In this document: positions 1-9,730 of the stretch, one piece after another
Numbering within the stretch: position 1 is the first letter of the stretch
Layout of the letters: the number at the start of each line of letters is the position of its first letter
Source: Verrucomicrobiales bacterium
GTDB taxonomy: Bacteria > Verrucomicrobiota > Verrucomicrobiia > Limisphaerales > F1-80-MAGS106
DNA: 54,850 nucleotides
Direction of reading: 5' to 3'
NCBI GenBank assembly: GCA_005805305.1
Contig: SYMW01000029.1
Location: 1 to 54,850 of the forward strand
Program-made: the position numbers and the translations under genes
The notes under the pieces: generated by a model
Seen by the model: only the letters and a program-made list of their open reading frames with translations
The model's database searches: none
What the model was told of the DNA's origin: nothing

Positions 1-194
1 GGCCACGCTCAACGCTGGTCCTGAGGCGGAGCTACCCCAAATAAGGAGAACGGGCCCAGGCTCCAACGGAAGCCGGTGCCCGTTTAAAAAATGAAATCCG
101 CGCTCTGACAGGAAATATAGGCCATCATACGGAACCGCTGGATACCGGGCTGTTCAGTTGACTTGGCTGGAACCGAAAAGTAAAGTGCTGCCGC

Positions 195-1253
195 ATGTTG
201 GCCACACATTCCAGCGTGGAGGGAGCGCACCCCCGAGAATTATTTCATTCGGAGCCCGGCTCTTTGTGGAATCAAGTGCTCCAACCCGTCGAGTCGTTCC
301 TTCCACAGGTCGTGGAAAAGATAGAAGACCAGGCATCCTCTTTCGAAGTGGAATTGGTCGCCTATGCTCGATACGCGCTCGCGACGCAAGGGAAACAGCT
401 GCGGCCGATACTGGTCGGGCTGTCGGGCGGGGCCACAGGCTCGCTAGGCCTCGACCATGTTTCCATTGCGGTCATCATCGAGATGATCCATTTGGCAACG
501 TTGGCGCACGATGACGTGATGGATGGGGCGCAAATCCGGCGAAGCCGTCCCACGCTTTCCGCGAACTGGGGGGACGGGATTTCCGTTCTCATCGGCGACT
601 GCCTTTTTTCGCACGCGCTGGAGATGGCGTCTCAGTTTCCAAATCCTTTGGTTTGCCGTGCTTTCGCGCGTGCCGCGAAGCGCGTTTGCAGCGGCGAGAT
701 CCTCCAAACCCAGCACCGTCAGGATCTGACTCTCACGCGCCAGAAATATTTTCGAGTGATCGAAATGAAAACCGCGGAGCTGTTCGCCCTGGCTTGCGAA
801 ATGGGGGCTTCCTTCAGCGGCGCCTCCAAATCAGTGGAAGCGGCCATGCGACAGTACGGGACGGCGTTGGGCACTGCTTACCAGATTTACGACGATTGCC
901 TTGACGTCTTCGGAACCGAAAAAGCCGCTGGAAAGTCTCTCGGCACGGACTTGGAAAAAGGGAAGCTCACACTGCCGATCCTGGTCGCGTTGGAAAGATC
1001 CAGCGCCGCGGATCGAACCACCTTGGCGCATCTGTTGGAGAACTGGGAACCGGCGGGCCTGGACTGGGTGCAACAGACTTTGTCCGACTTGGACTGCTTC
1101 GAAGAGTCCCGTCGGTGCGCTGGACGCTTCTTGGCTGAGGGCCGGGAGCAACTGGGCGCGTTGGATCCTTCAGCCCATGCCGAGTCCATGTCGCATCTGC
1201 TCGATTATGTGGATCTGCAGTTTCAACACCTGGGCAGCGAGCAGCATGCCTAG
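195..1253 (+). CDS. trans-polyprenyl diphosphate synthase (IspB/HepT-like)
   Basis: 352-aa ORF. Both Asp-rich prenyltransferase motifs are visible: LAHDDVMDGAQIRR (first DDxxD) and YQIYDDCLDVFG (second DDxxD). GKQLRP motif near the N-terminus. Product chain length cannot be inferred. Confidence 0.85.
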   Translation: MLATHSSVEGAHPRELFHSEPGSLWNQVLQPVESFLPQVVEKIEDQASSFEVELVAYARYALATQGKQLRPILVGLSGGATGSLGLDHVSIAVIIEMIHLATLAHDDVMDGAQIRRSRPTLSANWGDGISVLIGDCLFSHALEMASQFPNPLVCRAFARAAKRVCSGEILQTQHRQDLTLTRQKYFRVIEMKTAELFALACEMGASFSGASKSVEAAMRQYGTALGTAYQIYDDCLDVFGTEKAAGKSLGTDLEKGKLTLPILVALERSSAADRTTLAHLLENWEPAGLDWVQQTLSDLDCFEESRRCAGRFLAEGREQLGALDPSAHAESMSHLLDYVDLQFQHLGSEQHA

Positions 1254-1289
1254 GCGGCCGTCCTAAACCTTCAATAAGTCCGAGTTTTG

Positions 1290-1907
1290 ATGGAAGCCGC
1301 CGCCGAGAAAACTGCCGAGACACCAGTTTCGACGGATTCCGATGAAGATCGGCAGTTGGTCAAACGGGCGCAAGCAGGCTACCTTCCAGCCTACGACGAA
1401 CTCGTCAGACGATATCAGCAGCGCATCTACGCCACAGTTTACCACATGACGTCCAACCACGAGGACGCCGCCGACATCTCCCAGGAAACATTCATCAAAG
1501 CCCATCAAGCCCTCAAGTCGTTCAAAGGAGATTCCAGTTTCTTCACTTGGATTTACCGCATCGCGGTGAACAAGACCATCAACTTTCTGAAGCAGCGCAA
1601 GAACAAGATCCACATGAGCTTGAACGATCTTGATTTGAACGCTGAAAATGATCCGGATCTGGTCGCCCTGGTTTCGGAGAAAACTCCGCGCCGGGACCTC
1701 AATTTGAGCGAACTTCAAGAGAGATTGAACGAGGCTCTTTCGAAGCTGTCAGAAGTTCACAGACTTGTGGTCACGATGCACGATATTCAAGGTTTACCCC
1801 ACGAAGAGATCGGCAAGGTTCTGGGGTGCAATACCGGCACGGTGCGATCTCGTTTGTTTTACGCTAGGCAACAATTGCAGGCCTTTTTGTCGGATTTCAT
1901 CCAATAA
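1290..1907 (+). CDS. ECF-type RNA polymerase sigma-70 family factor
   Basis: Region 2 (YQQRIYATVYHMTSNHEDAADISQETFIKAHQAL, FFTWIYRIAVNKTINFL) and region 4 HTH (LPHEEIGKVLGCNTGTVRSRLFYARQQL). The track ORF starts at TTG 1287; the ATG at 1290 is the next codon. Confidence 0.9.
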   Translation: MEAAAEKTAETPVSTDSDEDRQLVKRAQAGYLPAYDELVRRYQQRIYATVYHMTSNHEDAADISQETFIKAHQALKSFKGDSSFFTWIYRIAVNKTINFLKQRKNKIHMSLNDLDLNAENDPDLVALVSEKTPRRDLNLSELQERLNEALSKLSEVHRLVVTMHDIQGLPHEEIGKVLGCNTGTVRSRLFYARQQLQAFLSDFIQ

Positions 1908-1940
1908 ACAAAATTCCAACCATCGACCTCGCGAATCAGT

Positions 1941-2456
1941 ATGGAGCAATCACCTCAAGATCATGATCTCATTCGCAGATTGCTGGCGATCAAACGTCAT
2001 GAGCTTCCTCCCGCCGGGTTCTTCGACCAGTTCCACGCGGGCGTCATGGGCCGCATCGAGGCCAACATTGAATCGGCTGAACTGGCGTGGTGGGAGCGCG
2101 CCCTGTTGTGGTTCGACTCGAAACCCATCATGGCTGGCGCCTACGCCATCGCCGTGGCCGGCTTGTTCGTCTGTGGTCTCGAATTCTCCCAGATGATCCA
2201 AACGGAAACCGCCGAACTGACCGTGGACGGAATCGCGATCGGTTCCGCCTCAACAACGGGACCAGCGAGTTTCTCTTCGGGAAGGTTTGAATCCTCAATC
2301 CCGCCCGTCTACGCCGGTCCAATCGTCTCCGCGTCGGCTGATCCGGGGAGCGGCAAAATCATCCCCGATTCATCACCGGTGGGACCGCCCGCCTTTTTGT
2401 TCAGCCCTTCGGAATTGAACACGCGAACCGCCTCCGACGGGCTCGGAGCCCGTTGA
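1941..2456 (+). CDS. putative anti-sigma factor / single-pass membrane protein
   Basis: Lies 34 nt downstream of the ECF sigma gene on the same strand. One clear TM helix (IMAGAYAIAVAGLFVCGL) separates a short cytoplasmic N-terminus from a Pro/Ser-rich C-terminus. No zf-HC2 motif, so the call rests on position. Confidence 0.5.
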   Translation: MEQSPQDHDLIRRLLAIKRHELPPAGFFDQFHAGVMGRIEANIESAELAWWERALLWFDSKPIMAGAYAIAVAGLFVCGLEFSQMIQTETAELTVDGIAIGSASTTGPASFSSGRFESSIPPVYAGPIVSASADPGSGKIIPDSSPVGPPAFLFSPSELNTRTASDGLGAR

Positions 2457-2474
2457 TGCTCCAGAACCCTTCGT

Positions 2475-2792
2475 TCAACTGATTCGATCGTGCGCCCAAG
2501 GATAGCACGCGCCGCAGGGATGCTCGCGCGTGCCTCCAGAAGTCTTGGGCCGCGTATGCAGCGTCGCCAAATCATAGGAAGCTCCGGCTTCCTTCATCAC
2601 CAATTCCAGGAAGTGATGCTCATAGGTGATTCCCGGAAACACGAGCTCGTTTCGATTGATGTCCACGATCCTCGTTTGATCCGGATAAACGATCACTCGC
2701 CGAAACCAATTGAACCGCGCCTTGCGCTCTCGAATAAAAGCGCGCAACCCCTCTTCATTGGACACCTCGAATATTTCCCGCGATACCTTCAT
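2475..2792 (-). CDS. hypothetical protein
   Basis: 105-aa ORF with protein-like composition (MKVSREIFEVSNEEGLRAFIRERKARFNWF...). The antisense ORF 2490..2822 is Arg/Ser-rich junk. No recognisable motif. Confidence 0.4.
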   Translation of the reverse strand: MKVSREIFEVSNEEGLRAFIRERKARFNWFRRVIVYPDQTRIVDINRNELVFPGITYEHHFLELVMKEAGASYDLATLHTRPKTSGGTREHPCGACYPWAHDRIS

Positions 2793-2824
2793 GCTCGATC
2801 GACTCTAATCATCGTCGACTAGGT

Positions 2825-4483
2825 TTGAAAACCAAGAATCCGCGCCCGGTGCCACCGAGCCCTCGATCAGTTGATGTCGCGAACGCGACTCCTCTAGTAT
2901 CCCTAGAGAACGTATCGGTGTCCCTCAAAGGGCACCTGATTCTGAATGATATTTCGTGGACTTTGGGCCGGGGCGAGTTGTGGCATGTTTCGGGATCCAA
3001 TGGCGCTGGAAAGAGCACGTTCCTCAGACTTTTGAAGGGTGATCTCTGGCCCGACCCCCAACGCGGCGGACGGAGGCGGTATAATTTCGACGGAAACCCT
3101 ACTGAGATCCTCGCCGATCTAAAGGCCCGAATTGCGTGGGTGTCGCCCGAACAGCAGGAGCGTTATTGGAGACAGGAATGGGAGGTGTCATGCCGAGCAG
3201 TGATCGAATCAGGCTTCTCTCAGACGGACTATCCGGGCCAAACCACAACCCCCGGCCAAAGCAAAATTGTTTCCAGGATCTCAAATCTTCTTGGCGTGGC
3301 TCACCTCTGGCCGCGAAATGCGCAAACTCTCTCACAAGGCGAGCTAAGAAGAATCTTGATCGCTCGGGCTTTGGTGTCAAAACCCCTCTTGTTGCTGCTC
3401 GACGAAGCCACTCACGGTCTCGATACCGACTCCAGGAAACGCCTTTTCAAAGCACTGGAGGATGTGTCGCGCGACGGAACTACAGTCGTTTTCGCCTCGC
3501 ATAGGCCGGAGGAATGGATTTCGTGCGGCGGCCGATTGCTCCGAATTGAGAACGGCAGGATTCTTCCCATAAATTCCCGAGCGGTCGCGCGATTCGCCGC
3601 CACACGGGCCGCGGCCATTCAGGCCTCCGCAAAGAAGGTCGGCATTCCCTTTCCCAACCAAGCGCCGCCCAAAAAAGCCCGCGTTTCAGATTTGCCGGCG
3701 CTGCCGGAACCCATCAATACGTCGAGAAATCAATCGAGAGCCGAGGGCCGAACGCCCAATGTCATTCAGCCAGAGGCCTTGGTCGCGTTAGAGGGAGTGA
3801 CCGTCTATCTCCATCGAAAACCCATCATCCGGAACCTGGACTGGACGATATATCGGGGCGAGCATTGGGCCGTGGTGGGCGCGAATGGCTCCGGAAAAAG
3901 CACCTTGATCAAAACGTTGGTAGGAGATCTGCACCCGGCTTGGGGAGGCCGGGCGAGCCGGTTCGAGGCGGAGAAGCTCTCCACTCTTTGGGAGGTGCGA
4001 GCACGAATCGGATACGTCGCGGCTGACTTCCAGTCCGCTTATGAAGGGGAACTCACGGCTCGAGAAGTAGTGGCTTCCGGGATTAGCGGAACGATCGGTG
4101 TCATTGAGAAGCTGGCCCCAGCCCAGTGGACGCTCGTGCAACAGGCGCTGGAGGAATTCCATTTGCGATCAATCGCCAAAAACCCGTTCAACCGACTTTC
4201 CTATGGCCAACGCCGGCAAGTGTTGCTCGCGAGAGCGGCCGTCCATGGCCCTCACTTAGTCGTGCTGGACGAACCCTTTGACGGATTAGACGCGCCATCC
4301 CGCCAATCCTGGCTGCTCGCCCTGGGCCGGTTGGCTCGGCGGGGCGCCTCGATTGTCTTGGTGACGCATCATGAAGACGACGTTCCCGTTTGGTTTACCC
4401 ACGCGCTGCGGCTGCGAGATGGAACAGTTGTCTTTCGGGGGCCACTTTCGAAGCCTTCGGAAAACTCCAGTGAAAGTCGTTGA
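2825..4483 (+). CDS. ABC-type ATPase with two tandem nucleotide-binding domains, no TMD (ModF-like)
   Basis: NBD1: Walker A GSNGAGKST, signature LSQGELRR, Walker B LLLLDEATHGLD. NBD2: GANGSGKSTL, LSYGQRRQ, LVVLDEPFDGLD. The track start is TTG; the true start is uncertain. Confidence 0.85.
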   Translation: MKTKNPRPVPPSPRSVDVANATPLVSLENVSVSLKGHLILNDISWTLGRGELWHVSGSNGAGKSTFLRLLKGDLWPDPQRGGRRRYNFDGNPTEILADLKARIAWVSPEQQERYWRQEWEVSCRAVIESGFSQTDYPGQTTTPGQSKIVSRISNLLGVAHLWPRNAQTLSQGELRRILIARALVSKPLLLLLDEATHGLDTDSRKRLFKALEDVSRDGTTVVFASHRPEEWISCGGRLLRIENGRILPINSRAVARFAATRAAAIQASAKKVGIPFPNQAPPKKARVSDLPALPEPINTSRNQSRAEGRTPNVIQPEALVALEGVTVYLHRKPIIRNLDWTIYRGEHWAVVGANGSGKSTLIKTLVGDLHPAWGGRASRFEAEKLSTLWEVRARIGYVAADFQSAYEGELTAREVVASGISGTIGVIEKLAPAQWTLVQQALEEFHLRSIAKNPFNRLSYGQRRQVLLARAAVHGPHLVVLDEPFDGLDAPSRQSWLLALGRLARRGASIVLVTHHEDDVPVWFTHALRLRDGTVVFRGPLSKPSENSSESR

Positions 4484-4484
4484 T

Positions 4485-4646
4485 CCTTAAAACGGCGGTT
4501 GCCCAAGGCGAATCTCCGGAAGATCCTGGCGAAAAAGTTTCTCCGAATCACTCGCCAGATCCACAAGGGATATGCCTCCCTCTTCGTCAAGCCTTTCTCA
4601 TCGAGGCTTTTGCAAATCTGCTCGATGTTCAACTGCTGTTTTAAGG
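4485..4646. mobile_element. MITE-like element, copy A (162 bp, 17-nt TIRs, 5-bp TSD TTGAT)
   Basis: TIRs are CCTTAAAACGGCGGTTG (4485-4501) and CAACTGCTGTTTTAAGG (4630-4646). Flanked by direct TTGAT at 4480-4484 and 4647-4651. A second copy lies at 10625..10785. Confidence 0.75.
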
Positions 4647-4665
4647 TTGATTTGAATGCCTCCGT

Positions 4666-5547
4666 TTGCGTCTTGGCTTCAAGACGAGACCAAGGATACT
4701 GTCAGCTAACCGTGTTAGACGTATCAAGGGCCTCGGGGCTCCCACTGCGCTCTTTCCACGGATCTTAATTTTGCAACCATTAGCCTTCCATTTCGGCCCT
4801 TTGACCGTGCACTGGTACGGGGTGTTGGCCGCGCTGGGGTTCTATGCGGGGCTGCTCACCGCGGCGCGGCGGGCGCGGAGCGTCGGAATGGCGCCTGAAG
4901 TCATTTGGAACATGGGCACATGGCTGGTCATTGGCGCGTTGCTAGGGGCCAGAATTTGGTACGTCGTGTCCTATTGGAAGGAGGATTTTGCGGCCCGCCC
5001 GTTGCTGGAAACCTTGATGATCCATCGCGGAGGCCTTGTCTTTTACGGAGGGTTGATCGGAGCCTTCGCCACGAGCTACATCTACGTTCGCCGGAATGGG
5101 CTGGATGCCTGGCAAATGGCTGACTTAATGGCGCCAAGCGTCGCTCTCGGTCATGGGATCGGGAGAATCGGGTGCCTCATGCACGGCTGCTGCTACGGCA
5201 TGGCCTGCGAGCTTCCCTGGGCGGTCCACTTTCCAGTGGACCATGAAACAAAAGGCGCCGGCGTCCATCCCACGCAGATCTACGAAGCGGGGTTGAACTT
5301 GCTCCTGAGTTTGGCATTATCGAGATTGTTTCAGTTTCGAAAATTCCATGGACAAGTGTTTGCCGTCTACTTGTGTTCCTATGCGTTGCTCAGGAGTTTC
5401 GTCGAAGCCTTCCGCGGTGATTACCCGATCCGTTACGCGAACGGACTGCTAACCCCTGCCCACTTGATCAGCATTGGCATTTTTTCAGTCGGCGCACTTC
5501 TCTTTTTGGTTCTCCGCAACCGATTGCCGAGCCCGGTCGCGAGATGA
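4666..5547 (+). CDS. lgt: prolipoprotein diacylglyceryl transferase
   Basis: Typical Lgt features: HWYGVLAALGFYAG, multiple TM helices, GRIGCLMHGCCYG. The track start is TTG 4666. An in-frame TTG at 4771 (MQPLAFHFGPLTVHWYG) would give a more typical length. Confidence 0.9.
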   Translation: MRLGFKTRPRILSANRVRRIKGLGAPTALFPRILILQPLAFHFGPLTVHWYGVLAALGFYAGLLTAARRARSVGMAPEVIWNMGTWLVIGALLGARIWYVVSYWKEDFAARPLLETLMIHRGGLVFYGGLIGAFATSYIYVRRNGLDAWQMADLMAPSVALGHGIGRIGCLMHGCCYGMACELPWAVHFPVDHETKGAGVHPTQIYEAGLNLLLSLALSRLFQFRKFHGQVFAVYLCSYALLRSFVEAFRGDYPIRYANGLLTPAHLISIGIFSVGALLFLVLRNRLPSPVAR

Positions 5548-5642
5548 ACACTCGAAACCATGCTCGTTATGCCGATAAACTGGCAGCGATGCCTTCCCTG
5601 TCGATATTCCCGCGAATCTCCAACTAGGCCGCTCTTCGTGAA

Positions 5643-6686
5643 GTGAGTTCCTCAAGATCAACAACTATTCATGTCGAATCATCGATGCCACAGGTGCGGC
5701 TCGACACCTACCTGCGCTCTCAATTCCCCGCCGTGTCCAGGGGGACGATCCAGCGATTGATTGAGCTCGGCCACATCACGGTCAACCAAAGACCAGTGAA
5801 ACCCACGCACCATCCGGCGGCGGGGGACCAGATTTCCGTGCATTGGCCGGAGCCCAAACCGTCCCACGCCTTTCCCGAGCCTATCCCTCTTTCGATCCTG
5901 TTTGAGGACGACGACCTGCTCGTGATCAACAAGCCTCCGGGACTTGTAGTCCACCCTGGAGCCGGACACGACGAGCACACGTTGGTCAACGCGCTCCTCC
6001 ATCATTGCGCGGGCAAGCTGAGCGGCATCGGAGGCGTGGCCCGTCCGGGCATCGTGCATCGGCTCGACAAAGACACAAGCGGTTGTTTGGTGGCCGCGAA
6101 GAACGACGCCACTCATCTCGCCCTTTCGAATCAATTCGCGGAGCGTTCCCTGGAGAAAGTGTATCACGCGTTACTCTGCGGAGGGGCGATGTCGGACTCG
6201 GGCCACATCCGCGCCCCAATCGGGAGGCATGCAACTCAACGGAAACGAATGGCCGTGGCAGACCGTGGGAGGGATGCTTGGACCGAGTTTAGAGTGCTTG
6301 AGCGATTCGGCGCCGCAACCCTCACGGAAGTGCGGCTGCATACCGGCAGAACCCACCAAATCCGAGTGCACTTTCTGTACATCGGGACGCCTCTGGTGGG
6401 GGATGTCGTCTACGCGAAACAGCATAATGCACGGCTCTTCGAGCTCACAGGTTACCAAGCGCCACGCCAGATGCTGCACGCGAGCAAACTGAAGTTCCGC
6501 CACCCAAGGCTGAACAAAGAATTGGAATGTCGAGCTCCCCTGCCCCACGATTTTGAGGAAGCGAAAGCGGCCCTTGGATCCCGCAAGGAACTGGCGCACA
6601 CGGTGGCGCGAGGCGCATGGGACATTCTTGAGCCGGCCGGGATCCAGCAAGGGGGTTCCGCAGTGTCGCGGGATGACATTGATTGA
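5643..6686 (+). CDS. rluD: RluA-family 23S rRNA pseudouridine synthase (RluD-like)
   Basis: N-terminal S4 domain (RLDTYLRSQFPAVSRGTIQRLIELGHITVNQRPV) and catalytic motif HRLDKDTSGCLV. GTG start. The S4-like alignment begins upstream of the first ATG. Confidence 0.88.
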   Translation: MSSSRSTTIHVESSMPQVRLDTYLRSQFPAVSRGTIQRLIELGHITVNQRPVKPTHHPAAGDQISVHWPEPKPSHAFPEPIPLSILFEDDDLLVINKPPGLVVHPGAGHDEHTLVNALLHHCAGKLSGIGGVARPGIVHRLDKDTSGCLVAAKNDATHLALSNQFAERSLEKVYHALLCGGAMSDSGHIRAPIGRHATQRKRMAVADRGRDAWTEFRVLERFGAATLTEVRLHTGRTHQIRVHFLYIGTPLVGDVVYAKQHNARLFELTGYQAPRQMLHASKLKFRHPRLNKELECRAPLPHDFEEAKAALGSRKELAHTVARGAWDILEPAGIQQGGSAVSRDDID

Positions 6687-9600
6687 TGAAGCCAATGACG
6701 ATGAATGATCCATTAATGCAGTGGATGGTAACAACCAAATCCGGAAAGCTAGGCCAGTTGGGGACATTGTTCGGTTTAATGCTGCTCGGCCTGGCCCATG
6801 GCGCGGACCCGGTCGTGGAGCCCAAGGATTTGCCGCGAGTGCCACCCATCGAACCGGCGAAAGCCTTGGCCACGTTCGAAGTGAGGCCCGGGTTTCGATT
6901 GGATCTGGCCGCATCGGAGCCGCTGGTTGTGGATCCCATCGCGATGTCTTTTGACGAGCAAGGTTTTCTTTACGTGGTGGAGATGAGAGACTACTCGGAG
7001 CGCCGCCCCGAGAGGTTGGGGCGAGTCCGGCGCCTCGTTGATTTGGATGGGGATGGACGTTACGACCAAAGCACGGTTTTTGTGGACAATCTCGCTTGGC
7101 CCACCGCCGTGATTTGCTATGCCGGCGGTGTGTTTGTGGGGGCGACGCCCGACATTCTCTTTTGCAAGGACCAGGACGGGGACGGGATTGCCGACACCAA
7201 GGAGTTGATCTTCACTGGCTTTGCGAGCGATTACGCGCCTTTCGCGACGAATCAATTGAATGTGCAGGCAATGCTGAACACTTTCCAATGGGGTCTCGAC
7301 AACCGAATCCACGGCGCGACTGGTGGCAGCGGCGGCAGCATCCGATCGGTGAAGCGATCCGGCGCGCCGAATCTCGACATTCGCGGGCGCGATTTCTCAT
7401 TCGATCCCCGAACCTTCGAGATTCGCGCAGAAAGCGGGGGGGCGCAGCATGGTCTCAGCTTCGATGATGTGGGCAATAAGTTCGTGAGCAGCAACAGCGA
7501 TCACATCCAGCAGGTGATGTATGAAGATCGATATGGAGGACGCAATCCGCAGTTCGCGCCGCGAGGGCCGCGGGTGAGTATCGCGGCTGACGGCCCAGCC
7601 GCTGAGGTTTATAGAATCAGCCCGGATGAACCCTGGCGAGTCCTTCGCACCCGGTGGCGCGTCGCGGGATTGGTGCCGGGCCCGGTCGAAGGCGGCGGCA
7701 GGCCCTCGGGTTATTTCACGGGCGCCACCGGCGTCACCATCTATCGAGGCGACGCCTGGCCCGAATCCATGCGCGGCGACGCGTTCATTGGGGATTGCGG
7801 CAGCAATCTCATTCATCGAAAGCAGCTTCTCAACAACCGGCTGGCGCGTCTCGCCCAGCGTCCTCCAGGGGAGGAGCGCATGGAGTTCGTGGCGTCCACC
7901 GATAACTGGTTCCGACCAGTACAATTCGCGAATGCCCCGGACGGCACCCTGTTTGTTGCGGATATGTATCGTGAAACGATCGAACATCCGTGGTCCATTC
8001 CTCTGTCCTTAAAGAAGCATCTCGATCTCAACAGCGGAAACGACCGAGGCCGTATCTATAGAATAATTCCTGAAGGTTTCAAGCAGCCCAACAGGTCGCG
8101 GCTTGGGGCGATGTCGACAAAGCAATGGGTGGATTTCTTGGAACATTCCAATGGCTGGCATCGCGACACCGCGGCGCGGTTGCTCACCGAAAGACAGGAC
8201 AAGTCCGTGATCCGGGACGTGGAGCGGCTGCTAGAAAAAAAAGCGCAACCTTTGGGCCGCCTCCATTGCCTTTACGTGCTGTCTTCACTGGGATCGCTCA
8301 AAGAAAAGCATGTATTCGATGCGCTCGCGGATCCCGACTCGGCGGTGCGCCGCCACGCCGCGAAGTTGAGCGAGAACCTGCCTTCTTGGAATGCCAAATT
8401 GAAAGGTGGGGAAACGGTTTTTTCAAGATTGGCGCACCTGGCCACGGATCCAGAGCCTGCGGTTCGCTATCAAGCGGCATTCACGTATGGCCAACTGCCT
8501 ATGCCGGATAAACCCGACCTGTTGGCCGCCATCGCGCTTCGCGACTCGGAGGATCCTTGGGTTCGATTGGCTATCTTGACATCGCTCCACGAAGGCGCCC
8601 CTCAACTCTTCCAAAAAACCGTCGCAGAGACGCAATTGACGTCGAAGTCGGGCGGACAAGAATTCCTGAGGCAATTGGCGAACACGGTCGGGGCGCGGAA
8701 TCGCGCCAACGAGATCGAGTCCGCGGTGAGCCAGATACTGGCTTTGAGATCTCAAAACGATGTGTTGGCGCTTGCTGAAGCCCTCTGGAGCGGGGCGGAG
8801 GGCGCTGGCGCCGAGCCCTCGAGTTTGACGTCGATCTTCACTTCGGTGATGAATCGGGTTCGCGCTGTGCTGAGTGATCCAAACACCGCCGAACCAATCC
8901 GTTTGGCGGCGATCCGCCTCGCGGGCAAGGGGCATCCGCAGGATTTCCGGGAACCGCTCCTGGCATTCATCGGCCCCGGATCCCCGGAAGGGACGCAGGC
9001 CGCGGCTCTTTCGGCCTTGGCTCAGATGCGGGGGCCCACGTCACTCAAACCTTTGCTGGAACGTTGGAGCCAGCTCACGCCACGACAGCGCTCAAGCGTG
9101 CTAGAGCTCTCGATGAGGCGGACGGACCTGATGCTGCAAGTGGTTCACGGGCTTTCATCGAAGCAGCTGGATCCAAAAGATTTCAGCGCGGCGCAATGGG
9201 AGCGGTTATCCAAATCCTCCGATTCCCGCGTGCGAGAGGCGCTGTCACAAGCAGGGGGGGGGCTGAACCCTTCGGGAGCCCGAGGGCCTGTCTTTGAAAA
9301 GTTCAAGGGGGCTCTCCTAGCCGCTGGCGATCCGGCTCGTGGGAAGGCGATTTTTCTTCACCGATGTTCCTCGTGCCATCGATCGGGAGGGGAAGGCGGC
9401 ACCACTGGACCCGACTTGGCGAGTGTTCGTGCGAATGGAAAAGAGTCAGTCTTGAGGCATCTGGTCGATCCCAACCTGGCCGTGGCGCCGCAGTATGTCG
9501 CATACGAGATTCAATCTAAGAATGAGGAAATCATCACGGGGGTGATCGCCAGCGAAGGAGAAAGCAGTTTGATCGTGAGGGGCGCCGATGGGAAGGAGAT

Positions 9601-9730
9601 TGCGCTTCCGCGCGGGCAGATTCGCGCCTTGCGATCGCTGGGACAGTCGCTCATGCCGGAAGGACTCGAGGAAGGCTTGAACACCCAGGAAATGGCGGAT
9701 TTGCTCGAGTTTATCATCGCTGGCAACTGA
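6686..9730 (+). CDS. PVC-type heme-binding CxxCH protein (membrane-bound dehydrogenase-like N-domain, HEAT-like repeats, C-terminal cytochrome c domain)
   Basis: About 1014 aa. Signal/anchor LGTLFGLMLLGLAHGA. N-terminal beta-propeller-like dehydrogenase region (DPIAMSFDEQGFLYVVEM...). C-terminal CSSCH heme motif followed by LMPEGL. ATG 6686 overlaps the rluD TGA (TGATG). Confidence 0.8.
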   Translation: MKPMTMNDPLMQWMVTTKSGKLGQLGTLFGLMLLGLAHGADPVVEPKDLPRVPPIEPAKALATFEVRPGFRLDLAASEPLVVDPIAMSFDEQGFLYVVEMRDYSERRPERLGRVRRLVDLDGDGRYDQSTVFVDNLAWPTAVICYAGGVFVGATPDILFCKDQDGDGIADTKELIFTGFASDYAPFATNQLNVQAMLNTFQWGLDNRIHGATGGSGGSIRSVKRSGAPNLDIRGRDFSFDPRTFEIRAESGGAQHGLSFDDVGNKFVSSNSDHIQQVMYEDRYGGRNPQFAPRGPRVSIAADGPAAEVYRISPDEPWRVLRTRWRVAGLVPGPVEGGGRPSGYFTGATGVTIYRGDAWPESMRGDAFIGDCGSNLIHRKQLLNNRLARLAQRPPGEERMEFVASTDNWFRPVQFANAPDGTLFVADMYRETIEHPWSIPLSLKKHLDLNSGNDRGRIYRIIPEGFKQPNRSRLGAMSTKQWVDFLEHSNGWHRDTAARLLTERQDKSVIRDVERLLEKKAQPLGRLHCLYVLSSLGSLKEKHVFDALADPDSAVRRHAAKLSENLPSWNAKLKGGETVFSRLAHLATDPEPAVRYQAAFTYGQLPMPDKPDLLAAIALRDSEDPWVRLAILTSLHEGAPQLFQKTVAETQLTSKSGGQEFLRQLANTVGARNRANEIESAVSQILALRSQNDVLALAEALWSGAEGAGAEPSSLTSIFTSVMNRVRAVLSDPNTAEPIRLAAIRLAGKGHPQDFREPLLAFIGPGSPEGTQAAALSALAQMRGPTSLKPLLERWSQLTPRQRSSVLELSMRRTDLMLQVVHGLSSKQLDPKDFSAAQWERLSKSSDSRVREALSQAGGGLNPSGARGPVFEKFKGALLAAGDPARGKAIFLHRCSSCHRSGGEGGTTGPDLASVRANGKESVLRHLVDPNLAVAPQYVAYEIQSKNEEIITGVIASEGESSLIVRGADGKEIALPRGQIRALRSLGQSLMPEGLEEGLNTQEMADLLEFIIAGN

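Noticed and set aside
4369-4768. ORFs 4369..4632 (-) and 4499..4768 (+), whose peptides recur at 10.6-10.8 kb (e.g. KGYAS.FVKPFSSRLLQI, GLTKR.AYPL.IW.VIR)
   Set aside because: The recurrence comes from nucleotide identity of the two MITE copies. Substitutions between the copies in the minus-strand (4369..4632) frame are spread over all three codon positions, and the second copy has a stop where the first has its start. The similarity ends at the TIRs.
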